Assembly: GCA_016933055.1 (NCBI GenBank)
Contig: JAFGBS010000031.1
Location: 82,465-114,464, forward strand
DNA length: 32,000 nucleotides
Reading direction: 5' to 3'
Source of the DNA: Promethearchaeota archaeon
GTDB lineage: Archaea; Asgardarchaeota; Lokiarchaeia; Sigyniarchaeales; Promethearchaeaceae
The first letter of the stretch is position 1. Every line of letters starts with the position of its first letter. Positions 18,032-27,200 of this stretch are shown here, piece after piece. The notes under the pieces are model-generated. The model did not search any database, was not told the origin of the DNA, and saw only the letters and a program-made list of their open reading frames with translations. The position numbers and the translations under genes were made by a program.

Positions 18032-18346
18032 ATGAACAAAGAAAGAAAACTTGCACGGCTTTTCTCAGCCCTTTCAGATGAAACCCGGATTCAGATATTG
18101 AACTTATTAAATGATGGAGAACTAACCGTGAATGACATTCGGGATGTTATTGGTACCTCACTTCCCGCAATATCCTATCAATTGCGTATCTTGAGTTCAG
18201 CTGATCTGGTGAAATATGATAAAAGGGGTCGAAAAAAATTCTTCCGCATAGCAGATGCCCATGTAAAAAAGATTCTAAACCAAGGATTGGTGCATGTAGG
18301 GGAAGATCTAATGGATGAGGACTCAGATATAGAGATTTTGATATAA
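18032..18346 (+). CDS. ArsR/SmtB-family transcriptional repressor with an alpha5-type metal site
   Basis: FSALSDETRIQIL..L, ELTV.DI, S..AISYQLRIL, LV...RG, and alpha5 motif D-x-H-x10-H-x2-E (DAHVKKILNQGLVHVGE). Confidence 0.9.
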   Translation: MNKERKLARLFSALSDETRIQILNLLNDGELTVNDIRDVIGTSLPAISYQLRILSSADLVKYDKRGRKKFFRIADAHVKKILNQGLVHVGEDLMDEDSDIEILI

Positions 18347-18538
18347 AATCAGATTCAGAATATGCTTGACTAAATCCAAAAGGTTCATGCAAAAGAATTT
18401 TAGAAAAATCGAGTAAGATCAGGATAACAAATTAACCTAGATGAGCTGTAGATATTCATCTCTTTTTTCAACGCAATAATCGGTATATATATTAACTTGA
18501 AGATTGAATGTTGAATAAAAATTTAGAGATGAATAATC

Positions 18539-19966
18539 ATGGTAAGTTCGAAATCTACTCCCCAAACTGGAGTTAAAATTAGTTTCGGACGGATAGTGGC
18601 TTGGGGGATTGCTTCTTTAGGTCTTTCAACCATATCTGGGGTATACGGAGCGCTACTTTCGATATTTTATAACGATTTTCTTGGATTAGTGGACCGAGGT
18701 CCATGGATAGTTGTAGTAGTATCGATAGCTTACGCTGTTTGGAATGCACTCAATGATGGGATTTTTGGATTTATAAGCGATTCTACCAAGTCCAAAAAAG
18801 GACGACGTATTCCCTATATGAGATGGACCTCTCCCTTCCTTGCCCTATCCTTTGCTTTAGTCTGGTTAGCACAATCTAGTTGGGGTATATGGGCGATTTT
18901 TGTGTGGATGTTATTCACGATGCTTTTTTATGATACAGCCTACACAATAATTGGATTGGTATACTCAGCCCTTCTGCCTGAAGTTACTGAAAATGAGAAA
19001 CAGCGACATAGATTACAGTTATCCGCTAGTTTTTTTGGATTAGTAGGAACCATTCTAGGATTTCTCCTTCCAATGATGTTCCAAACGGACTCCACAATGT
19101 TACGCATTGTTATGGCTACCGTTGGTGTCATCGGATCTTTAATGGTTTTTCTAACGACGTTCTTTTTCAAAGAACGTCCTGAATTTAGTCAAGTGGATGA
19201 ACCATTAAAATTGAAAGATTCAATTAAACATACGTTTAAGAGTAAATCGTTCGTAGTCTTAGTAACTGCAAATTTTATGTCAATATTTATGCAAGCTACC
19301 TTGTTAAGTTCTGTTATATATGTAGCTACCTATGTTACAAATGATGTATTTTCAGACATACTTTTGTTAGTGTCAATATTTGTTCCGTTAATACTTGGTA
19401 TTTTTCTAACACCATTAATAAGTAAGAAATTGGGAGTCGTGGGCGCAGATCAGCTATTATTAACATTTGCTGGCATTGGACTTATACTCATTACATTCTT
19501 ACCTACTCAATTCATTGTAATTGGATATGCATTAGCTGGATTCGGTCTAACGGGACCTCAAGTTTTTACGAATATTATGTTTGCACAAGTTTCCGATGAA
19601 GATGAAATTGTTACAGGTGTAAGGCGAGAAGCTGCTTTTTTCGGTACAAATGCACTCATTACTAAACCAGCTCAAAGTCTTTCTCTCATTATGATAACAT
19701 TGATGTTAAGGTATTCAGGATTTAAAGAACGAATAGGAACCTTAATTTTCAATGGACCGATTGATTCAGTTTTAGGGCAACCCTCAGGAGCCATCTTGGC
19801 AATAAAATTATTTTCAGGATTAGTTCCTGGTGTGCTCATGATAATTGAAGTGTTAATCCTTTTTGTCTATCCATTAAAGGGTAAACGCCTTGCAACACTG
19901 GAACAAAAAATTTTAATTCTTCATGACGAGAAACACAAAAAACTGAATGAAATGAGTAGAGAATAA
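18539..19966 (+). CDS. MFS transporter, glycoside-pentoside-hexuronide (MelB/GPH) family
   Basis: About 12 TM segments, WNALND...G..SD.T.S..GRR.PY, YSAL.PE.T, D.DE..TG.RREA.FFG. Confidence 0.9.
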   Translation: MVSSKSTPQTGVKISFGRIVAWGIASLGLSTISGVYGALLSIFYNDFLGLVDRGPWIVVVVSIAYAVWNALNDGIFGFISDSTKSKKGRRIPYMRWTSPFLALSFALVWLAQSSWGIWAIFVWMLFTMLFYDTAYTIIGLVYSALLPEVTENEKQRHRLQLSASFFGLVGTILGFLLPMMFQTDSTMLRIVMATVGVIGSLMVFLTTFFFKERPEFSQVDEPLKLKDSIKHTFKSKSFVVLVTANFMSIFMQATLLSSVIYVATYVTNDVFSDILLLVSIFVPLILGIFLTPLISKKLGVVGADQLLLTFAGIGLILITFLPTQFIVIGYALAGFGLTGPQVFTNIMFAQVSDEDEIVTGVRREAAFFGTNALITKPAQSLSLIMITLMLRYSGFKERIGTLIFNGPIDSVLGQPSGAILAIKLFSGLVPGVLMIIEVLILFVYPLKGKRLATLEQKILILHDEKHKKLNEMSRE

Positions 19967-19975
19967 ATCGTTTAA

Positions 19976-19992
19976 TTTTTTCCTTTTTTTTT
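19976..19992 (+). terminator. Oligo-T terminator (T6-CC-T9) after the GPH transporter
   Basis: TTTTTTCCTTTTTTTTT starts 10 nt after the stop. A near-identical motif follows the gene ending at 28445. Confidence 0.55.
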
Positions 19993-20138
19993 CGGATTTT
20001 AAATAGCTAATACTAGATAACATGCTATGGAGACCCGACCATCTGCGGAAGAAGAAAACCAATCGCTAAAAAAACCAGAAGCTGGAAAGTTCTTATTTCC
20101 TTGGAAGCTGATTCTTCTTAATGAAATGGTAACTCTAT

Positions 20139-21197
20139 TTAATTATGAGCAAGAATGAGGATCTCGTTAGAGGATCGGGTACTTAGCGCATATTTATGGT
20201 CGATACTATTAACAATCGATACTGCACTCCAACGTTCTTTTAAAAGATCAATCAACTCAGTTGTGGAGGGTATTCCATCAGAACGATGAGAAAGAAGTAT
20301 ATTGGATTCTTTATAGCGTTTTAAGAGCATTTTAAAAGCGTTATATATATTTCTTTTATCATTCCATACATTATATATGGGTTTTATCCTTTTATGCTTA
20401 GATTTGGTATCAATTTGATCAATCCAACTATCATATTGCATTATTCCCTCGAGAAAATGGTATAGATCACGATATATAATGTTCTCCCCCCGTTTTGGAA
20501 TATAGGGAGGATCTATATACACCAAATCAAATCCGTTTTCGTAATAATCCAAGGGAACTTGCATGACATCTAAACTAAGTGCTGAACACCCATGATTCGT
20601 TTTAATTATATATGAGTTAACTTCTTCGGCAAATTTTTTGAAGTGCACTTCAAACGGGGTATCCCAAGTGACTTTATTTCCGAAGGAGCGATTTACATTG
20701 CGTGTACGCAAATATAAATTCTTACGATGGAATAAACTAAAAGGTCTTTTTGTTATACATGATTGGAATAAACACCAAAATCCCAAATCTCGTGTATATC
20801 CTGGTTCTAGTTCATACAAATTCGAAATCACACGATCTAACCAGATATTTTCGTCATGAGTATAATAAATATCTGCGAACTGCTCTTCAATAAGATGAGG
20901 GTGTTGATTATAGGATTTTTGATGCAAAATTCGGTTGACATCGGCCTTAGTGAGTCTAACCTCTGAATTTTCAATTAGTGCACGACCCACAGTATAATTA
21001 AATTTCAAATGATCATTGAAGAGAACTTGCTTATCCAGCCTTTTAAATAAATACGAAACTACTCCCGTACCTGCAAAAGCATCCAAAACAGTTGTAAAAT
21101 TTAAATTTTTAACTACATCATAGATTGCGGGAACGATCTTTACCTTTGAGCCTCTGTATCGAGTAGTAAACGTAAAACCGTCTAAAAAAGATGTCAT
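20139..21197 (-). CDS. Orphan DNA adenine (N6) methyltransferase, D12/alpha class
   Basis: Motif X RYRGSK, motif I LDAFAGTG, ND, and motif IV DLVYIDPPY in alpha order. No endonuclease gene adjacent. Confidence 0.85.
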   Translation of the reverse strand: MTSFLDGFTFTTRYRGSKVKIVPAIYDVVKNLNFTTVLDAFAGTGVVSYLFKRLDKQVLFNDHLKFNYTVGRALIENSEVRLTKADVNRILHQKSYNQHPHLIEEQFADIYYTHDENIWLDRVISNLYELEPGYTRDLGFWCLFQSCITKRPFSLFHRKNLYLRTRNVNRSFGNKVTWDTPFEVHFKKFAEEVNSYIIKTNHGCSALSLDVMQVPLDYYENGFDLVYIDPPYIPKRGENIIYRDLYHFLEGIMQYDSWIDQIDTKSKHKRIKPIYNVWNDKRNIYNAFKMLLKRYKESNILLSHRSDGIPSTTELIDLLKERWSAVSIVNSIDHKYALSTRSSNEILILAHN

Positions 21198-21198
21198 T

Positions 21199-21891
21199 TT
21201 ATTTCTTCAATACTTTTTTAACAGAACCATCTTCCAATCCTATGTAGCATCCATCCACCATATCAACAAATAATCCAGTTTCGACAATTCCTGGGATCCT
21301 TATTAATTCCAATTCCAAATTTAAAGGGTTCTTGATTAAGCTGAAGTCTGCATCCAAGATAAAATTACCGTTATCAGTTACTATTGGTCCCGCTTTATTC
21401 ACTGCCATACGTAAAGTAGGAATCCCTTTCATTTTTTCGATTTTTTTCATGATCGGGATATATGAACTTGGGATAACTTCAATAGGAACTCCCTTTTTCC
21501 ATTTTTCACCTAATACTTTGGAATCTTTATTGAAATCCGCAACAATAATGACCCTTTTAGAATTATAAGCGAGAATTTTTTCTTGAACATGGCATCCTCC
21601 CCCACCCTTGATTAAATTCAAGTCTTCATCAATCTCATCTGCTCCATCAAACGTGACATCTACAACAGGAAATTCATTTAATGAGCCTATGGATAGACCA
21701 TGATGGATAAGTATTTGGGTAGTTTGAAAAGAAGAAGGAATGCAGATGATATCTTGTTTTCCCCAATCAGCAATCCTTTTCACTGCATAAACTATAGTGG
21801 AACCGGATCCAATTCCAATTATTTTATTATTCATTAAATTTTCGTCAACTGCTTGATAGGCAGCATTTTTTTTCGCTTCTTCTACCGACAT
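21199..21891 (-). CDS. rpiA: Ribose-5-phosphate isomerase A
   Basis: [50 protein letters not shown]. Confidence 0.95.
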   Translation of the reverse strand: [230 protein letters not shown]

Positions 21892-21933
21892 TTCTGATCT
21901 CTTTTAACCTCACAGATTAATAAGTATTATTGC

Positions 21934-23073
21934 TCAAATTAGTTCCTTAAGGTTGTTTGTATTCATCACTTTGGAATACATAAAAGGATCTGTTGCACCC
22001 TCCGTAGAAAAAACTAAAAAGTTGGTCGAGTCATCGATATGATAATATTCTCTTATTTGACTCCCTTCTTCTGAGAATAATAGAACAAGCGCTGCAAAGC
22101 TTGCAGCTCCCGATTCTCCCGATACTATATTCTGTTTTGCGAGAACTTTCATAGCTTTCAATGCCTGTTCATCACTGACCAAGAGAAATGCATCCACCCC
22201 CTCTCTTAAGATTGGGAAAGAAATGGTTGAAATCCTTCCACAACTCAATCCTGCCATTACAGATTCATATCGTCCTTTTAAAGTTATGATTAAATCTTGA
22301 CGAATCGATTCTAATGCACAAGGGGCTTTTTTCGGTTCTACTCCTAAGATAATCGGATGATATGGGGAAGTCGACTTGTAGAACTGTATTACGGCAGAGA
22401 TAAAACTACCTACTCCAATTGGGGCTATAATCACATCTGGATTTGGTAGGTCGTTTGTAGACAACTGTTCTTCGATTTCCCAAAACATTGTGGAATATCC
22501 CTCTACGATGTACTTCGGTATATCTTCATATCCCACATAACCCGTGTCTTGGATTATTATTGCATCTTGCTTACTTGCAATTTCTACGGCTTTATCGTAA
22601 TTTCCATTTATGATTATTACTTGAGCTCCTTCGGACTCAATCGCTCTAATTCTCGATTCTTTAGTATGTTTTGGGACATAAATCCGAGCTTTTAAACCTA
22701 ATAGTCTGGCTATGAATGCTACTGCTCTACCATGATTTCCATCCGTTGCTGTGACTAACTCTAATCCTCCACATTTTGCTAATTCTGATTTAAATTCATC
22801 AATAGTAGAATATTTTATGTTAAATTTTTGTTCTAACACTTTAAAAGTTGCAAAAGAAGCTCCCAATACTTTAAAAGCGGGTAAAGTAAAACGATTGGAT
22901 TCATCTTTGACATAAATGTTATTATATCCATAAAATTCTGCTATATTTTTTACAGAATGTAAAGGTGAGGCATTATAAACAGGCAGAGAACGGTGAAATT
23001 CAAGTGCTCTTGTAGAAAAAGGAGGGAGGTTGATACTTGATTGTGCACGAGAATTAATAAGGAAATTTGACAT
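21934..23073 (-). CDS. dpaL: Diaminopropionate ammonia-lyase family (PLP-dependent, fold type II)
   Basis: VKDESNRF.LPAFKVLGAS (PLP Lys), TATDGNHGRAVA, QDTGY.GY..IP..I..GY.T, MAGLSCG, SGESGAA, STEGATDP. Confidence 0.85.
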   Translation of the reverse strand: MSNFLINSRAQSSINLPPFSTRALEFHRSLPVYNASPLHSVKNIAEFYGYNNIYVKDESNRFTLPAFKVLGASFATFKVLEQKFNIKYSTIDEFKSELAKCGGLELVTATDGNHGRAVAFIARLLGLKARIYVPKHTKESRIRAIESEGAQVIIINGNYDKAVEIASKQDAIIIQDTGYVGYEDIPKYIVEGYSTMFWEIEEQLSTNDLPNPDVIIAPIGVGSFISAVIQFYKSTSPYHPIILGVEPKKAPCALESIRQDLIITLKGRYESVMAGLSCGRISTISFPILREGVDAFLLVSDEQALKAMKVLAKQNIVSGESGAASFAALVLLFSEEGSQIREYYHIDDSTNFLVFSTEGATDPFMYSKVMNTNNLKELI

Positions 23074-23090
23074 ATATTCCTCATCACAAT

Positions 23091-23540
23091 TTATAAATTG
23101 TGTTCATAAAGAAGCAATTCGGAGCGTTTAATTCCCAATTTCATGAGAATGGACTGAAATCGGGAGTTTTTTGGATCGCACAAAATCTCAATTTTTGAAA
23201 TATTCATGGTATTTTTGATGTATTTGAATAGTTCTCTCATAATTGCTTCTTCAATTCCTTTTGTGTATGCATCTTCCTTATATGTTAGAACTTGATGGAT
23301 TATGCAATGAGGGTTTCCAAACTCGTCATTATACGGGGAAAATGTGCCTGCGCCAATAATTTTTCCATCTTCTTTAGCGAGAATTATTGAATTACGTAAT
23401 TTAAGATCCAGAACACGTTGCTCTATTTCTTTTTTGAACTGGGCTTGCTCAAAAGGAATATAACTCCGATCTGAAAATGCAATTGCTAATTTAATAAACT
23501 CTTCTTTATCTTTCCGCGGATCATATCGTACAATTTCCAT
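23091..23540 (-). CDS. GNAT-fold putative N-acetyltransferase (degenerate)
   Basis: MEIVRY...EEFIKL, IILAKEDGKIIGAG, weak motif A (YTKGIEEAIMRELF), IEILC...KLGIK. Size typical of GNAT proteins. Confidence 0.55.
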   Translation of the reverse strand: MEIVRYDPRKDKEEFIKLAIAFSDRSYIPFEQAQFKKEIEQRVLDLKLRNSIILAKEDGKIIGAGTFSPYNDEFGNPHCIIHQVLTYKEDAYTKGIEEAIMRELFKYIKNTMNISKIEILCDPKNSRFQSILMKLGIKRSELLLYEHNL

Positions 23541-23644
23541 ACATGGATCTTAGAGTGAAAGCTCAAAAATGTTGTTGTTTTAATTACACTGTTATTAACT
23601 GCTTGTTCTTCACTTTTTTTAACATACATGTATATTGAGGACCT

Positions 23645-24133
23645 ATGAAAATCTACATAAAAAAGTGGGCACATAATGCAAAATTACCCACTAGATCGCA
23701 TATAGATGATGCGGGATATGACTGCTATATACGGTGTTTCAAAAAACCAGTTTTAAAAGGTGGAAATAACCAACTCGTAGAATTAAATGTAGATGAATAT
23801 ACTCTCAAACCCTTGGAACGAATTGGGTGTCCATTAGGTTTCGGAACTGCGATTCCAGTAGGATATTATGCAGCAGTGGTTCCTCGAAGTGGAAATGCTT
23901 TATGGAAGGGACTTTCTATAGTGAATACTCCTGGCACTATCGATGCTGGTTATCGAAATGAATGGATGGCAATAGTCGTGAATTTATCTAATGATGATGT
24001 CATCATAAGAAAACATGAAAAAATTTGCCAGTTTATCATTCGTAAACTTCCAGAAACCGAATTGATAGAAGTTGCGGACCTATCAGAATCCGATAGGGGA
24101 TTAGGAGGATTTGGATCGACTGGAAAAAATTAA
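23645..24133 (+). CDS. dut: Trimeric dUTP diphosphatase
   Basis: All five motifs: AGYD, PRSG, GTIDAGYR.E, ICQF, RGLGGFGSTG. Confidence 0.95.
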   Translation: MKIYIKKWAHNAKLPTRSHIDDAGYDCYIRCFKKPVLKGGNNQLVELNVDEYTLKPLERIGCPLGFGTAIPVGYYAAVVPRSGNALWKGLSIVNTPGTIDAGYRNEWMAIVVNLSNDDVIIRKHEKICQFIIRKLPETELIEVADLSESDRGLGGFGSTGKN

Positions 24134-24299
24134 AGGGTATTTTTTTACAATTCTGTATTTCTTATACTATTTTTTCTATACTTAAGCATTTACGAGGTAT
24201 TTAACAAATTATATAAACAGAGTAATTTCATAATATCGATTTGCTCAAAACAGACAAAGATATCTAATTTCTGTGATTTCCTGAAAATAGGTGCAAAAA

Positions 24300-27200
24300 A
24301 TGAGAAAAATTAACTTTAAGATAACATACTCACTTAGAAAACTTAATAGATTAGTATTTATCACGTTTTTCATCCTTTTAACAATATCTGCTGCATCAGT
24401 CCCATTATCTCTCCATGATAAAGGATACGAAACTGATACAGAAATAAATGAGATTATTATGACAACTCCAGAATCCTCAGATCTATTCGAAAATAACATT
24501 CTCTATTCAGGGATTGAAAATCCATTAACTGTCAATGAAACTGCTATCCACTCTTCCACCAACCATTTTACTATTGGGAATGGAACGAATTCTCTATACT
24601 CATCTCAATATGCGGAATTTCCCATAGATTCCACGCATGATTGGGAGGGATATTACTATAATGCAACCTTTACAAATATCCAAGATGAACGTGATTGGAT
24701 CGAACAAGGGGATATGGGAAGTGATTCGGGATTAGTTGGATTAGTCAAAACAACACTTGGCACCCCCATAGAATCACAACATGACTACCAAAATAATCAA
24801 GATGCAGATCCTTCTGATCCTGATGGAACGATAACCAGTAACAGCGATTTTGTTCGAGTACATTTCAGTAGGTTTGAAGTAGAAGATGGTTATGATTTTC
24901 TGTATGTTTATGATGGTTCCAATAATTTGATCGATTGTATAACTGGATTGTATCCCCTAGGATTGAATTCAAGTATGTACAATGCAACCATTCTGAAATT
25001 TTCCATCCAATCTGACGGAACTGTTAGAGAGTGGGGATACTCCATTGACTATATTGAAGAAATAAATCAAAGTACTTGGAGAACTTATAAAACTTACATG
25101 AATCCTGAATTTGCTAATTCCAAAATTAGTGAATTAGGAGGTGCATCTTCCTTAGGAGCATCATTCATTGGTGATTATGACAGTTATGATGGTTCATATG
25201 ACTATTATATCGGAGAAGTAGGATTTTATGAAGAATTTATAGTTCCACGTGGTAAGGTTACAGATGCGTGGTTCTCAATGGATTATTATTTAAATAAAGG
25301 GCTTGAATCAAACGATTTTCTGATTTATTGTAAAATAAATGGTGAATTTGTTTACACTCGAGGATTTGGAACAATAATCAATTTAGGACGAAATTTATGG
25401 CATTCAACAGGAGCAATTAATCTCCTACTATGGGAAAATGCTACTCAGATATTTAATCCAACCATTCAAAATCAAAACTTGAATATATCCTTCGGCATTT
25501 ATGCTCCTTTCTCCTGGGGTTATTACGGTGGTGAGGATGTAATTCAGCAAGAAGCCTTTTTTGATAATATATCATTAGTCTTAAAAACTGAAGCAAATTG
25601 TACTCAGATCGGTATTAATTTACAAATCGATGGTTTATCCGTATCTGAATCCCCTTCCTGGGGTTCAGGATCTTTAACCAAGTATGGATCATGGGATAGC
25701 AATCCAATGCAACTGCTTTTAAGTACTGATGCAGAAAAATTGGAATTTGATCTCAACTCGAAAATATATGGATATCATACAGATTCTACGCATGAACAAA
25801 CCAATGGAGTAACTGGAGCAAGAGTCACGATTTTTTCAAACGACACGATTCAATGGGATTCGTATCATAATGTTTTCGTCCCATCCCAATATTCTGAATT
25901 CTCTTACAAGGTTTACAAACCTTTTGATTGGAATATCACAAATGTTGAGGATCCAACAGGTTTACAACATTTGAGTTATATTGGTGGTGATATAGGCGAG
26001 AATAGTTTTATAATTGAAAGTGATTTTTTGGGTTGGTGGTATTTTGAAGCGAAATCAGATAGTCTATTAATATCTTCATCTACAGACTTGTGGGATGAAT
26101 TAACATGGAAAGATTATGATAGCGAAGATATCTCTTATGATATTGGAGATAGTATAAGAATTAGAACAGCTGTTTCCAATCCGAGTCTCATTGGCAATTT
26201 GCTCTCTACAACAGCGAAAATTACGGTGTATTACCCAAATGGAACGATTTATTACACAGATCATGCAAATCCAGATGGTTCTGGTAATATACAATTTTCA
26301 GATCATGGGATCTTGGCAGCCAATACTTCTGGCGGGGTGTATCAATATAAAATAATATGGACAAATGGAACTGCTGCTGGTGGGCTAAATGGTTCATTTG
26401 AGATCAAGCATGCTATTCAACATACACTCCTTTATCCAAGAGATGCAATATTAGATTATAATACTGAAGCAGTATTCGGAGATATAATCCCTGTCCGATT
26501 GAAATTAAATGATTTAAATACTGGGATATTATTATCTGAATTAGACGTTGAACATAATTGGATCACGGGAAATAATACACTAACAAAAATGGGCTCTGGA
26601 ATTTATGATGTTTCATTTGACACGCTTGATTTACCAGGAGTTGGGAAATATGAAGTAGATTTCACTGTCTCTGGACTAGGATTTTATTCCATTTATTTCA
26701 CTTTAAATATTAGTATTGTCTCAGAAACAGAGCTAAAAATCATAGGATTAGATAATAACATTGATTACGGAACGAATTTTACTATAGAAATTGACTATCG
26801 CACAAAACCTGAACCAATCGGAATTCTTAATGCTCTGATTACCACTAATATTACAGATTATTATGTGGAAGAACAAGTAATTGATGGGCATTATTTGATA
26901 GAAATTAATTCTTCAAGTTCCTTTGTAGGTGCTGGAACATATGACATTCAGATAAATGCATCTCAAACAGATTATTATTCTCAAGTATTGGTGACCCGTA
27001 TTCAAATCCTTCCCAGGTCGATATATTTTGAAATACATATCAATTCTGTTGATTGTACATCAAATAAATCGTATGCTACTAAAATCCAAGAAGATCTGCA
27101 CTTCTCAATAGGAGTTTATACAGTATCAGGGGGTATACCCGTATTGACTGGAACTGTACAGTTATCTGATGGAGTTTCATACTCTTCCCCCTTCTCTCTA

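Noticed and set aside
20139-21197. Complete restriction-modification system or defence island
   Set aside because: No endonuclease, specificity subunit or other defence genes flank the methylase.
10057-23540. Split Pat-type protein acetyltransferase (ACD-like + GNAT)
   Set aside because: ACD retains both catalytic His motifs (SHTG, HKTD), and the GNAT gene is about 11 kb away in another operon.
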